In this document: piece by piece, positions 46,336 to 56,719 of the stretch
Numbering within the stretch: the first letter of the stretch is position 1
Layout: each line of letters begins with the position of its first letter
NCBI GenBank assembly: GCA_043802485.1
Contig: JAZDKZ010000006.1
Span: forward strand, 64,001-128,000
Direction of reading: 5' to 3'
From: Candidatus Aenigmatarchaeota archaeon
GTDB lineage: Archaea > Aenigmatarchaeota > Aenigmatarchaeia > Aenigmatarchaeales > Aenigmatarchaeaceae
Length of the DNA: 64,000 bases
Made by a program: the position numbers and the translations under genes
The notes under the pieces: generated by a model
What the model saw: the letters and a program-made list of their open reading frames with translations, nothing else
Told to the model about the DNA's origin: nothing
Database searches by the model: none

Positions 46336-47535
46336 ATGATAAGAGAGAGTTTGGAAATAGCGACAGATACACTAAAGCACAGAAAGATCAGTTCCATTCT
46401 GACGATAATGGGTATAATTATTGGGATATCCTCAATAATCAGCCTTCTTTCAATAGGCTTTGGGCTCGAGCAATCGATAACAGAGCAGCTAGAAGGCATG
46501 GGTTCTGACAAGATAATGATCATGCCTGGTTCAGATGGGGGCTTTGGGATGTCTGCATTCACTGCCGAGAGCTTGACAGATGAAGATGTTGAGACTATTG
46601 AGGACATAAGTGGTGTCAAGATGGCTGTTGGCCTTCTCATGAAGACCTTGCCTGTCAGATACAAAGACGAGGTCATATCGACTTACATAACAGGGGGAAC
46701 ACCCGAAGCTTACGATAAGATGTTTTTGGAGATGAGAATATTTGAGATTGATGAAGGTAGGACTGCTAAAGATGGCGAGCGGGGCGTTGCAGCAATAGGC
46801 TATAGGATTGTGGGTGATATTTTTGAAGAGGATGTCGGCATGGGCGACAGCATCTACATAAAGGGTCAGAAGTTCAAAGTCATAGGAAACCTCAAGTCCA
46901 TCGGCAACACTCAGGACGACCAGAACATCTACATCCCTCTGGATGACCTTAGGGAGCTTGCTGGCGGGAAGAACACGCTTACCATGATATATGCCCAAGT
47001 CTCAGATACAGACAACATTGATGATATTTCTGACAAGATTGAAAAGAAGCTGGAGAAGAAATACGGCGACAACACGATATCGACCATAACAAGTGAGCAG
47101 ATGGCCGAGATGACAAGCTCCATATTTTCTGTTCTCACCTTTGTTATCGGGGGAATCGCCTCTATCTCGCTTTTGGTTGCCGGGGTCGGCATAGCAAACA
47201 CCATGTTCATCTCTGTCATGGAAAGGACCAAGGAGATTGGTATCATGAAGGCCATAGGCGCAACGAACTATGACGTGATGGAGATATTTCTGATAGAAGC
47301 TAGTCTACTGGGTTTTATAGGCGGTTCCATCGGCTGCGCTGTCGGTTATATCATATCCAGAATAATAAACGTTGTTGCTTCGGGCATGCTGCCAATCACC
47401 TTTGAGGCGACCGTTACCTTGGAAATGATCGCATTAGGTTTGGGCTTTTCTGTTGTTATAGGGATAATCTCAGGCTTGTGGCCTGCCAGAAGAGCCGCTA
47501 AGCTGCAGCCAGTTGACGCCTTGAGATACGAATAA
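46336..47535 (+). CDS. MacB/FtsX-type ABC permease (tandem paralog)
   Basis: Same motifs as the preceding gene. Confidence 0.95.
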   Translation: MIRESLEIATDTLKHRKISSILTIMGIIIGISSIISLLSIGFGLEQSITEQLEGMGSDKIMIMPGSDGGFGMSAFTAESLTDEDVETIEDISGVKMAVGLLMKTLPVRYKDEVISTYITGGTPEAYDKMFLEMRIFEIDEGRTAKDGERGVAAIGYRIVGDIFEEDVGMGDSIYIKGQKFKVIGNLKSIGNTQDDQNIYIPLDDLRELAGGKNTLTMIYAQVSDTDNIDDISDKIEKKLEKKYGDNTISTITSEQMAEMTSSIFSVLTFVIGGIASISLLVAGVGIANTMFISVMERTKEIGIMKAIGATNYDVMEIFLIEASLLGFIGGSIGCAVGYIISRIINVVASGMLPITFEATVTLEMIALGLGFSVVIGIISGLWPARRAAKLQPVDALRYE

Positions 47536-47925
47536 TTATTTCGTTTGAACTATCATCTTTCTTCCCATCAGAACCCAGTAGAGTATTTCTCCGCCCTGCT
47601 GCAGTTTTCCCTTGAATTCTTCTGTTAAAGGGGCTTCGAATGTTTCATATGTTTCCATGTCCATTATCTGAACGTTGTTTTCTGTTATTGCAACTATCTG
47701 TCCTGTTCTTTTGTCGACGATGGGAACATCAATATCAGAATCTGCTGGTTTTACTATTGATCTTTTCTTGTTATCAAATATGCCCACGGCTTCCAGTCTT
47801 GCCTTTGCTCCGCCATGTTTACCTGGATGTGAAGTAGTCATGTTGAGAACCTTGCAAGGCTCGTCGTCGATGACACAATATCTTCCCGGTTTTAGATTTT
47901 TTATCGTTGTTCTTGTTGTTGTCAT
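47536..47925 (-). CDS. eif5a: translation factor aIF5A
   Basis: S.PGKHGGAKAR hypusine loop, QIMDMETYETF. Confidence 0.96.
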   Translation of the reverse strand: MTTTRTTIKNLKPGRYCVIDDEPCKVLNMTTSHPGKHGGAKARLEAVGIFDNKKRSIVKPADSDIDVPIVDKRTGQIVAITENNVQIMDMETYETFEAPLTEEFKGKLQQGGEILYWVLMGRKMIVQTK

Positions 47926-47956
47926 GAAAGAATAAGGTAAAAAGAACAATATAAAA

Positions 47957-48157
47957 TTAAGCCTTGTCTGCTACCAGTTTGATGTCTTCCTTGAAGACAG
48001 TCTTCCTTTTGGCGTGCTTGGCTATCTGAGAGGCTTCCAATGCTATTTCAAGGCCTATCTCCTCTGTTGTTTTGGCCAGTTCGTTTATGGCTTTGGCCGA
48101 TATCCTTCTGGCTCCTGCTTTTCTTGCTATCCTCTCTATGCACGCTAAGGGAATCAT
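47957..48157 (-). CDS. archaeal histone
   Basis: PLA..ERI..KAGA.RIS..A...A.HAKRKTV..EDI. Confidence 0.93.
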   Translation of the reverse strand: MIPLACIERIARKAGARRISAKAINELAKTTEEIGLEIALEASQIAKHAKRKTVFKEDIKLVADKA

Positions 48158-48358
48158 AATATCTGATATATTATAATGTCAGCTTTGATTAAAATCTAAC
48201 GCATGTTTAAAAAGTGGTTCTTGGACGATAGATTTTAAACAAAGCCCACAACGACAAATTGCTTATAAAGATACGAAAGTTTTAAATAGACCTGCAAATA
48301 TAAATAATATTGCTAAGTTTGAAGTGATTTACTACTTTATAGTAAATATGGTGAAAAA

Positions 48359-48613
48359 ATGATTGATTACAGAGGACTTTTTGCTGAGGGCATAGATGAG
48401 TCAAGACTAGATAATTTCAAAAGCCTTTTGGGAACTCATGGTGCCACATTCAAGAGGACAGGAAAAAATAATGAACGTCTCGATGGGCATATTATAGTGG
48501 ATATGAATAAGGCGCATGAGCTTATGGAAAAACTAGAGAACGACGACTATGTACTGAATGTAAAGCCTATTATTGATTATGATTCTTTAAAACAAAGGGT
48601 TATAGGTGATTGA
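48359..48613 (+). CDS. hypothetical protein
   Basis: 84-aa ORF with GGTGA SD, abutting tfb. Confidence 0.6.
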   Translation: MIDYRGLFAEGIDESRLDNFKSLLGTHGATFKRTGKNNERLDGHIIVDMNKAHELMEKLENDDYVLNVKPIIDYDSLKQRVIGD

Positions 48614-49600
48614 TTGCCAAGAAAAAGCGCGAAAAAAGCAAAAGTTTGTCCGGATTGCGGCTCCAAATATTTTAGAGAGGACCCGTCAAGAGGGGAGACT
48701 GTTTGCGCGAAATGCGGTCTAATTTTGGAAGAAGAGATGATAGATACTTCTCCAGAATGGAGGGCTTTTGACGAAGAGCAGATGTCCAGAAGGACCAGAG
48801 CTGGCGCTCCTTTGACCTTTACCAAGCATGACAAGGGTCTTACAACAGAGATAGGTAGGGGAAGGGGAGAGCTTTTCAAGGTTGCTCCGTCCAAGAGGGC
48901 TCAGTACTACAGGCTGACAAAGTGGCAAAAGAGGCTGGTCGAGTCAAAGGACAGAAACCTGTCTTTCGCTCTGTCAGAGCTTCAGAGACTGATATCTTTC
49001 CTTGGTCTGCCAAGGTCTGTTCACGAGGAAGTTGCAAAGAAGTACGAACAGGCTGTTGACAGGGGCTTGGTCAGAGGAAGGTCAATGGAGTCTGTTATAG
49101 CAGCTCTGCTGTACACAGTCTGCAGGGAAATGGGCACTCCTAGGACTCTGGAAGAAATAGCAGAAGCTTCTGGTGTGGAGAGAAGGGAGATTGGAAGAAC
49201 CTACAGGTACATAGCAAGGGAGCTCGGCATGAGAATCCTGCCTGCTATGCCAAAGGACTATGTTCCAAGATTCGCGTCCATGCTAGGTCTGACCGACAAG
49301 GTCCAGGCAAGGGCAATAAGATACCTCAAAAAGGCCAAGCAGATAGAGGCTTCCTCAGGAAAGGGGCCGACTGGCGTGGCAGCTGCAGCATTGTACATTG
49401 CAGCTGTGCTGGAAGGCGAGAAGAGGACTCAAAGAGAAATAGCCGACGCTATTGGTGTGACAGAGGTTACCATAAGGAACAGGTTCAAGGAACTTGTGGA
49501 AAAACTCGGCTTGGAAGAAGAGGTTGAGAAGAAGGTCAGGGAAGAAAGCACGGAAAGAATAGAAAGAAAGGCCAAGAGACTAGCCAAGAAAAAGAAATAG
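48614..49600 (+). CDS. tfb: transcription initiation factor IIB
   Basis: CPDCGS..D..RGE.VCAKCG, PEWRAF, GRS.E, GKGP.G, TQREIA..GVTEVTIRNR. Confidence 0.97.
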   Translation: MPRKSAKKAKVCPDCGSKYFREDPSRGETVCAKCGLILEEEMIDTSPEWRAFDEEQMSRRTRAGAPLTFTKHDKGLTTEIGRGRGELFKVAPSKRAQYYRLTKWQKRLVESKDRNLSFALSELQRLISFLGLPRSVHEEVAKKYEQAVDRGLVRGRSMESVIAALLYTVCREMGTPRTLEEIAEASGVERREIGRTYRYIARELGMRILPAMPKDYVPRFASMLGLTDKVQARAIRYLKKAKQIEASSGKGPTGVAAAALYIAAVLEGEKRTQREIADAIGVTEVTIRNRFKELVEKLGLEEEVEKKVREESTERIERKAKRLAKKKK

Positions 49601-49855
49601 TCAATACCTTTTCATTTTTTCTTCTATTAGCTTTAGCCTAGTGTCTATTGTGTCCAGCTTTTGTAGCACAAGCTCCATCTTGTCGCCTCTGAACTCTTCC
49701 CTCGGCATGTCCAAAGGCTTGTCATAAAAGTCTGTTCTGGACTCTTCTGGTTGAGGTAGCCTGAATTTCTCTAGGTCGCTCGGCAGGCTTGTCGGCAAGT
49801 CAGGAGCTATCCTTACCTCTTCCTTTTTTCTTTTGAATCTGTCTAGCATACTCAT
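49601..49855 (-). CDS. hypothetical protein with C-terminal coiled coil
   Basis: MELVLQKLDTIDTRLKLIE. Confidence 0.7.
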   Translation of the reverse strand: MSMLDRFKRKKEEVRIAPDLPTSLPSDLEKFRLPQPEESRTDFYDKPLDMPREEFRGDKMELVLQKLDTIDTRLKLIEEKMKRY

Positions 49856-50346
49856 TTAACCACCATTTTCTCCAACTCTTTTTTCAGCTCGTTTTCCAGC
49901 TCTTCCAGCCTTGCTTTAGCTTCTGCTAAATACTTTCTTCTTTGCTCTGAATAAAACAAGCGCGAGTAAAGCAGAACAAGACCCTTGCCCATCAGGTTAG
50001 AATATTTGAACTCTGTCTGAAGCGCACCTGTTATCTCTATCTCGATGCTACCTATTTTGTTCTTGTTCTGCGATCCGAATACTTTGACTTTCGCCCATAC
50101 AGATGTTCTTTCGTCTTTGGGGTCGTTTCCTCTCCACTCACCGTAGAAGTCCGTGTTCTCTGTCGAGACGTCCCACTTTATCTTGTCCTCGTAGAACTTT
50201 GAGCCTCTAAGCCTGAAGATGTTTTTCATCAAGTCAGGAACTATTTTCAAGAATCTCGAAGGATGTTGACCGGTGAACTTTAATTTTTTCGCGTGCTCCG
50301 GCGCCAGCACATCAGCCTTGAGCTTTAGGCTAGTCATGTTGGACAC
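49852..50346 (-). CDS. hypothetical protein (probable paralog of 50330-50833)
   Basis: Shared L.P..., W, G...I.I.GAL.TE, FYS pattern. Confidence 0.75.
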   Translation of the reverse strand: MSNMTSLKLKADVLAPEHAKKLKFTGQHPSRFLKIVPDLMKNIFRLRGSKFYEDKIKWDVSTENTDFYGEWRGNDPKDERTSVWAKVKVFGSQNKNKIGSIEIEITGALQTEFKYSNLMGKGLVLLYSRLFYSEQRRKYLAEAKARLEELENELKKELEKMVVK

Positions 50347-50833
50347 TTGACAAGACTCTTAATTCGTTGACAAAGCTTGAAAGAAGGTATCTGCCATTCC
50401 TCATGAACTCGTCTCTCTTTGATGAATAGAACGATGAATGCCATAACATCCTCATGAACTCGTACAGCAGGCTCTTCTGCCACGCTGTGTCCTGGGGATA
50501 CTCTGTTCTAAGAGCGCCCTCCACTACTATCTTGGCGCTTCCAGTTGTTTTGGACGCTTCGCCTTCAAGTGAAACCTCGACCCAGTAATACGAGAACTTG
50601 TCCAGGTCCTTTTGCAGCTCCCACTTTATCTTGAACTTTTCAGGGTTTCCCTTTGACCAGTGAAACTCTTTTTCCTGTATAGAATGCTCATGAACTCGGA
50701 AGTTGGCTATCAGCAGGTTGTATATCTCCTTGTAGAACTTTCTTGAATCCACCCCGTCGAACTGCATGGTCATCTTAGGGACAGGCCTTAGCAAATCGTC
50801 GTGTATCATCAGTTTTGTTCTTGCCCAGACCAT
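50330..50833 (-). CDS. hypothetical protein
   Basis: 167-aa ORF, host-like codon usage. Confidence 0.75.
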   Translation of the reverse strand: MVWARTKLMIHDDLLRPVPKMTMQFDGVDSRKFYKEIYNLLIANFRVHEHSIQEKEFHWSKGNPEKFKIKWELQKDLDKFSYYWVEVSLEGEASKTTGSAKIVVEGALRTEYPQDTAWQKSLLYEFMRMLWHSSFYSSKRDEFMRNGRYLLSSFVNELRVLSSVQHD

Positions 50834-50891
50834 TTTTATCTAAGCTAATATTAGATAAACGTTTTTATAAACTTTATATCAATTATTAATT

Positions 50892-51056
50892 ATGATTTTG
50901 AAGGTTCTGGGTCTAATAATGCTTTTCTTGGGATTTCTAGTGCTAAAGTACTTTCCTGACATGTCTGACTACCAGCAAAAAGGAATGACGTCCTTCGGGA
51001 TATTGATAGGGGTTGTATTATCTATAACAGGCATAATAATGTTAATAGTGGGTTGA
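50892..51056 (+). CDS. 54-aa two-TM membrane protein (not in ORF track)
   Basis: MILKVLGLIMLFLGFLVLKYFPDMSDYQQKGMTSFGILIGVVLSITGIIMLIVG; stop abuts next gene. Confidence 0.7.
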   Translation: MILKVLGLIMLFLGFLVLKYFPDMSDYQQKGMTSFGILIGVVLSITGIIMLIVG

Positions 51057-52736
51057 TTGGGGATGGACAAGGATATATTTGAACTTAAAAAAATTGTGAA
51101 TATAGACAAACCTACTATGGGTCTCTTTCTTTGCGCCGGGCCTAAGGAGGCCCCTGGTCTGGAGGAGAAAGCCAACCAAATCACAGAATTGAATTTTACA
51201 GGCAAGCCGGGTTCAGCTTCTGCATTATATTATTCACTATTCTTCCAGCTGCCAAAGTGGGGCTGGGAGGTAGCAAAGGCTGACGAGTGGATAGATGTCT
51301 CCCCGACGCATAGGGAGTATTATGAAAGGACTGTCTCGACAAAGCAGATGTTGGAATCAACGATAAAGACCGGTTTGGCAACAGCTGCTCAGTCTGTTGC
51401 TGACTATGAGCTGATGAGCCACGACCTGAGAAAATACACGGAGATTCTAGGTTATTTTGCAAGCAAAGACGAGCATGTTTTGAGGTCGATGTTCGTTGAC
51501 CAGGTTGATGTGCACACAGACATGCCTGGCCAGCCTCTGAGCATGAGGTCAATTGCGCCAAGATGGCCCACAATAATTGCTGACTTCCTTAGCCTGAATG
51601 AAGATGACAAAGATATCAAGGACATTGCCAAGAAGCTAAACATCTCCAATGCCGAAGCGTTGATACTAGTCACAAAGAACAAGCTTTATTTGGAATGGAA
51701 AAAACTTTTCGAGGGCGTTGCCAAGGAAAGATATGCATCCATGAGGGGCTTGGTGAATGGCAGGAAAAAATCAATAGAAGAATACAGGAACTGGCTAAAG
51801 CCTTACATCACAAGGTTCAGGATGACACGCCTTGGAGGTGAAAATAAAATTTTTAGGGCTGGCGCAATCAAGTCTTTTGTTGACATAGCAGGCCAGTCGA
51901 CTTTCTCCAATGGTATAAGGATTTTTGCTTGGAAACCTTTCAAGACAGTGGAGATTAGAAAGCCTGCAGCAGAACTCAAAAATGGTTTTGTCGTTTACCC
52001 TTATGATGATTACACTAGGGACAATCTTATCTTTGGAAAATGGGGCCTTGCCAAAACCTACGGATGGTTAAGAAGTAAAAGGAAATATTGCTCTAGGTGT
52101 AACGACTACTATTCATCCGGAGCAGTAAGGTGTTCTGAATGCAAAAATGTGCATCTTGAGGACAGAACGTTTGCTGACGAGATAGTAGAAAAGGAGATAC
52201 TGGAAGCTTGGAAGAGTAGAGACAAGAACCTTGACCCTTACGAGCTCTACTATATGTTCCTTGATTTTGATGTCTTCAGGGTTGGTTCAAGGCTGCCTGT
52301 CGGTGAACTGGAGGATATAACATTCACTATAAGGAATTTCGTCATATCCCAAAACGTCATGCTGGTAAAGCTACTGGAAATGAAATGTAGGGAGATTGAG
52401 CTGGAAAGGTACATAGACGAGATGCTGGGAGTCAGAGTCGGAGACATGGCATTTGACGAGATTCTCACAACAGACTTTCCAGCTTTCAAAAAAGAAGAAG
52501 AGTTTGGCGAATATCACAAGTTTGTCAAAGGTCTGAAGGAGACTGGCGAGGCCTATACCGGCTTCACTAAGAAAATCAAGTTTCCCAAGGTGGACAGGGA
52601 AAAGTTCATGTTCTTCAAGCACGGTCCCTATGAGGGCGACCTCAAGGATAGAATAGCAAAGAACTATCTCAGCATAGCTGGAGCCCAGTTCGGTGGAATC
52701 GTGGGCTTTATCAAATCACAGATGGGTGTTAGCTGA
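51057..52736 (+). CDS. large hypothetical protein with internal zinc ribbon
   Basis: 559 aa; CSRC...CSEC. Confidence 0.8.
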   Translation: MGMDKDIFELKKIVNIDKPTMGLFLCAGPKEAPGLEEKANQITELNFTGKPGSASALYYSLFFQLPKWGWEVAKADEWIDVSPTHREYYERTVSTKQMLESTIKTGLATAAQSVADYELMSHDLRKYTEILGYFASKDEHVLRSMFVDQVDVHTDMPGQPLSMRSIAPRWPTIIADFLSLNEDDKDIKDIAKKLNISNAEALILVTKNKLYLEWKKLFEGVAKERYASMRGLVNGRKKSIEEYRNWLKPYITRFRMTRLGGENKIFRAGAIKSFVDIAGQSTFSNGIRIFAWKPFKTVEIRKPAAELKNGFVVYPYDDYTRDNLIFGKWGLAKTYGWLRSKRKYCSRCNDYYSSGAVRCSECKNVHLEDRTFADEIVEKEILEAWKSRDKNLDPYELYYMFLDFDVFRVGSRLPVGELEDITFTIRNFVISQNVMLVKLLEMKCREIELERYIDEMLGVRVGDMAFDEILTTDFPAFKKEEEFGEYHKFVKGLKETGEAYTGFTKKIKFPKVDREKFMFFKHGPYEGDLKDRIAKNYLSIAGAQFGGIVGFIKSQMGVS

Positions 52737-54277
52737 TGGGTTATATAGTAGGAATCTCAAGCGGTGCCTTTGGTCTTGTTGACCAGAAGGAAAAGCAAAA
52801 CCTCATGACCATAACCAGAAAGATATTTGCAGGTGGTCTTGAGGGCGTCAACTTTACGCAGGTAGACCTGGAGGCCATAACCGAGTTCAACGAGCCTAAT
52901 GTGAAGGAAGAGATAGAAAAGATAAAGGGATTGGGCATATCTTTTGGGTTTCATGGCGAGTTCTACGGCGGGTCAGAGAGACCCTTGGAGATGCTTGACT
53001 CTGCTATAGAATCAGACTACTTCCATTCTCACCAAAGATTGGTAGACCACATAGAGGGTTGTGGCAATCTTGGTGGCAAGTATGTTAACTTTCATCCTTC
53101 CCAAACAACACCTTTTACTAGATTGGGTAAAGACCTTCAACCTACAAAGCTTGTTGATCCCTGGGGCAGGCCTATGAAAAAATTCTTGGAAGAGAACAAA
53201 AATTTGATGGATTGGATAGTAAAAAAAGAAAATGACTTTTTATGGGAATTTATCCGCACAACACCTAAAGATTTTATTGAAGATAGTGTTAAAAATTTTG
53301 AATATCGTTATAAGGTTCAACATAATAAAGAACCTTCTGAAGGAGAAAAGGAAAAAATCTATAAAGAGGCAGTTGAAGAAGCTAAAAAAATTTTTATAAG
53401 ACATGTTAGCACTAGTGACCTTTCTTACGGTCCTGAAAAGGCTGCTTATTATATTATTGCAAAGTGGATGCAAGACAACAATGACTCTCTTTGGAACAAT
53501 ATTGTTGGGGAAAAAATAAAAGATAAGGATTTGCCTAAAACGAAAAACATAAACAAATGGGTTCCTGCCGTATCCGCGAAATACATCTTGGGCCACTTTC
53601 AACCAAAGAACGATCTCGATAACCCCACCAAACTGATGGAAAAATATAAGATATATTGTTTCTTCGAGGCTGAGATGGGCCGTGGCGGTCTGCAGGGCAT
53701 GTCTAGAATAATCCGGCCTAGGGACTTTATATTTCTCTGTCAGGCAATCAAGTCCAAATGGGCTGCTGTTTGCATCGACTTTGAACACATACTTTCACAG
53801 GACATTGACCCTGTCAAAGAGATAGAGTCAATTCCTCCAGGCTCAGCCGAGCGCGTAAAGCTTCTTCACCTGGGTTTTCCAACGCCACATGTTCCAGCCC
53901 ACATGCCCATACCTTTGGGCTCCAAGGAGCAGCTGTGGTTGTATGAAAGGCTTTTCGAGCTGAGGCAGAAGGGCATGAAGGATGCTTGGATGATATTTGA
54001 GAGAGCTGGCAATCCCAGGGAGCAGGTGATTCTTGTGTTAAGGCTGATGAAACAGTTCCTTGAAAAGGACATTGCTCCCAAAGAACTTCCATTAGAGTTC
54101 TATGGCATAAGGCCTGACGGGCCTGAGATGAGAAGGCAGGAGCTGGCAATGAGAGAGCATGCCCTAGACCCGCTGAAAGGATTGCTGACAGTGCCTGAGG
54201 AGGAGTACACCTTCCTGAGCTCGGCGGCAAAGAACAAGGGCAAGGCGGAGCTTTGGAGTAAAGAAAGGTTTAAATAA
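52736..54277 (+). CDS. xylose-isomerase/AP-endonuclease-like TIM-barrel protein with insertion
   Basis: FGFHG, VNFHPS, FEAE, CIDFEH, LHL, AHMP, IFER metal-ligand pattern. Confidence 0.7.
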   Translation: MGYIVGISSGAFGLVDQKEKQNLMTITRKIFAGGLEGVNFTQVDLEAITEFNEPNVKEEIEKIKGLGISFGFHGEFYGGSERPLEMLDSAIESDYFHSHQRLVDHIEGCGNLGGKYVNFHPSQTTPFTRLGKDLQPTKLVDPWGRPMKKFLEENKNLMDWIVKKENDFLWEFIRTTPKDFIEDSVKNFEYRYKVQHNKEPSEGEKEKIYKEAVEEAKKIFIRHVSTSDLSYGPEKAAYYIIAKWMQDNNDSLWNNIVGEKIKDKDLPKTKNINKWVPAVSAKYILGHFQPKNDLDNPTKLMEKYKIYCFFEAEMGRGGLQGMSRIIRPRDFIFLCQAIKSKWAAVCIDFEHILSQDIDPVKEIESIPPGSAERVKLLHLGFPTPHVPAHMPIPLGSKEQLWLYERLFELRQKGMKDAWMIFERAGNPREQVILVLRLMKQFLEKDIAPKELPLEFYGIRPDGPEMRRQELAMREHALDPLKGLLTVPEEEYTFLSSAAKNKGKAELWSKERFK

Positions 54278-54307
54278 AACATAAAATAATTACTATTGAG
54301 TGATTAA

Positions 54308-55543
54308 ATGGTCAAGAGTGTTGGAAAGAAACTGAAAAAGTTCTCTGTTGAAACCAGGCTAAAGTCTGCAGAGGAGTTCAAGGAAAGGGTTCTTGGCATG
54401 TTCAAGACCTATGTAAAGTCCATAGTAGTTTTCGGTTCTTTCATGTTCGGCAAGGGAACAGGTAAATCTGATGTCGACGTCTATATCATATTTGACGACA
54501 CCAAGATGCCCTTGAAGAAATTCGACGACATAAGGGAAAAAATCAACAACGACCTGTACAAGGTCGCTGCCTCCATTGACCCAAGACTGCACCCTCAGCC
54601 CATACTTGCTCTTACAGAGTTCATCAAAGGCACCAGGTACACAAACCCCCTTTTCTTCAACATAATAAGGGATGGTTATGCTATTTACGATACTGGCTTC
54701 TTCATACCCATGAGGAAGCTTCTTGAATGGGGCGAGTTTCCCATCACTCCTGAGGCTGCCCACATGAGGATGGAGGGCGTTCCCAGGAGGATAACAAGGG
54801 TCAAAAGCGTCAAGCTCTATATAATCGCGGAGGATCTCTATTATGCCATGCTGGACGCTGCCCAAGCTGTTCTGATGTATGTTGGGGTTGGCCCGCCGTC
54901 GCCCAAGAACTCTGCCAGCGAGGTGAGGAAGCATCTGGTGGATGCCGATTTGCTTGAGGAAGAGTATGCACAAATGCTCCAGGACATCAACGAATTCAGA
55001 AAGAAGGTCGAGTACAAGGAGATAAAGGACATACCAGGAAAAGATGTGGACGAATGGATAAAAAAGACTGAAAAGTATGTCAAGAGGTTCGAAAAGCTGC
55101 TAAAGGACCTTGAGACTCAGAGGAAATCCTATGATATCAAGAGAAGTTATGATGTGATGGTCAATGCTTCTGCAGCTGCCCTGAAGAACCTCAAGAAGCT
55201 GCCCAAGGAGCCTGAGAAGCTGCCTGAGGCTTTCAAGAAATATCTTGTTGATACAGGCCTGATCAATCCCACCTACTCCGAGCTGTTCGGCAAGGTGGTC
55301 GAGATGAGGAGGATGCTTGAGGAGAACAAGCTGGACAAGATAAAGGACAAGGACATCTACTTGAACAAGGAATATGTGAGGAGATTCGTCACAGACATCT
55401 CGAGAATAATAAAGCAGCCAGTTCCACAGGAACCAGAGGACAAGATGAAAGAGGCCAAGCAGATGCTGGAAACTGCTGAAGAGGTCAGCAAGGTCAGGAA
55501 AAAGAGCAAAAAGGCTAAAAAAGCACGTCAGAAGTCGAAATAA
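54308..55543 (+). CDS. minimal nucleotidyltransferase fused to HEPN-like domains
   Basis: VFGS.......SDVDV; YYAM.DAAQA.L and R...EY HEPN-like helices. Confidence 0.8.
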   Translation: MVKSVGKKLKKFSVETRLKSAEEFKERVLGMFKTYVKSIVVFGSFMFGKGTGKSDVDVYIIFDDTKMPLKKFDDIREKINNDLYKVAASIDPRLHPQPILALTEFIKGTRYTNPLFFNIIRDGYAIYDTGFFIPMRKLLEWGEFPITPEAAHMRMEGVPRRITRVKSVKLYIIAEDLYYAMLDAAQAVLMYVGVGPPSPKNSASEVRKHLVDADLLEEEYAQMLQDINEFRKKVEYKEIKDIPGKDVDEWIKKTEKYVKRFEKLLKDLETQRKSYDIKRSYDVMVNASAAALKNLKKLPKEPEKLPEAFKKYLVDTGLINPTYSELFGKVVEMRRMLEENKLDKIKDKDIYLNKEYVRRFVTDISRIIKQPVPQEPEDKMKEAKQMLETAEEVSKVRKKSKKAKKARQKSK

Positions 55544-55565
55544 TTTTAACTATACTTCTATAGTA

Positions 55566-55579
55566 AAAACTATAGTTTT
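55566..55579. promoter_or_regulatory. 14-bp palindrome upstream of the rpl35ae-kaiC-V4R genes
   Basis: AAAACTATAGTTTT, with nearby AACTATA half-sites. Confidence 0.35.
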
Positions 55580-55696
55580 AAATAGTAACAGAACTATATT
55601 AAACAGAACGATTTCACGTGAAGGGAAGTATAAATATCGTAACGTCTTTAATTTTAAGATGTTTGTGATGAGTTGGTTAATAGTATGGTGTTTTTA

Positions 55697-55951
55697 ATGG
55701 ATCCAACAGGAGTAATAGTAAATTACCACATAGCTTATACGAAGGAAGTTCTTGTAGATGTTCCTACTGTAAAGTCTAAGAGGGATGCGGGCAAGTTCAT
55801 AGGCAAAAAGGCTGTCTGGACCGACGAAAAGGGCAAGAAATACATCGGTCATGTGACAGGTCTGCACGGAAGGAAGGGCACTTTGAAGGTAAAGTTCAAG
55901 AAACCCCTGCCAGCCAATGCCTTGGCAAAGCCCATCTTGATAGCTGATTAG
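55697..55951 (+). CDS. rpl35ae: 50S ribosomal protein L35Ae
   Basis: A.KFIGKK.VW....G.V...HGRKG..KVKF..PLP..ALA. Confidence 0.85.
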   Translation: MDPTGVIVNYHIAYTKEVLVDVPTVKSKRDAGKFIGKKAVWTDEKGKKYIGHVTGLHGRKGTLKVKFKKPLPANALAKPILIAD

Positions 55952-55983
55952 ATTTATATAGAAGGTTCTAATAATTTCTTAAT

Positions 55984-56715
55984 ATGCCAAAGAAAGCTTC
56001 CGTTAAAGGTTCTTCTAGTGGTTCTGATTTTGAGAGGATTCCCTCTGGGATACCTGGTCTGGATGAATTGATGGAGGGAGGCTTCCCGAAAGGTTCTACT
56101 AATCTGGTTTCTGGTGCTGCCGGTACGGGCAAGACCATTTTCTGCTCACAATTCATTTGGGAAGGCCTACAGAAAGGTGAATCGTGTATGTATATCACAT
56201 TAGAGGAGAGACCGCAAGACATAATGGATGATGTCAGTAGGTTTGGCTGGGATTTTGAGCCGTATATTAAGGAAAAGAAGCTTTTCTTGGTCTATCAGGA
56301 CCCGTTCCAGATGACTGATGTTACTTCTCCTCTGTTGGATGAGATCAAGCAGAAGAATGTTCAGCGAGTTGTTATCGACTCTACAGCCATTTTTGGCATG
56401 TACTACAAGGAGCCGTTCGAGATTAGGAAGCAGTTGTTCAAGCTTCTGAACGGTCTGAAGGACATTGGGGTCACCAGCGTCATAACCTCCGAGCTGCCTG
56501 AGGAGACGAACCAGCTTGCCAAGTTCGGTGTCGAAGAGTTTGTGGTCGACGGCGTCATTATTCTGAGATATATCGGCATAGGTGGGGAAGATTTTGTGAA
56601 TCTGCAGGTCAGGAAGATGAGAAGAACCAAGCATGCTAACGCATGGTTCCCCATGACAATATCAGATAAAGGTATTCGGATAAAGAAAGAAGAACGAAGA
56701 GTATTAATGAAGTGA
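55984..56715 (+). CDS. KaiC/RAD55-like ATPase
   Basis: RIPSGIPGLD..EGGFP, GAAGTGKT, TLEE, VVIDS, EEFVVDGVI, KMR. Confidence 0.95.
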   Translation: MPKKASVKGSSSGSDFERIPSGIPGLDELMEGGFPKGSTNLVSGAAGTGKTIFCSQFIWEGLQKGESCMYITLEERPQDIMDDVSRFGWDFEPYIKEKKLFLVYQDPFQMTDVTSPLLDEIKQKNVQRVVIDSTAIFGMYYKEPFEIRKQLFKLLNGLKDIGVTSVITSELPEETNQLAKFGVEEFVVDGVIILRYIGIGGEDFVNLQVRKMRRTKHANAWFPMTISDKGIRIKKEERRVLMK

Positions 56716-56719
56716 GGAA

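Noticed and set aside
45147..47535. Near-identical DNA stretches in the two ABC permease genes as a repeat element
   Set aside because: Explained by tandem paralogy of conserved permease motifs, common for this transporter type
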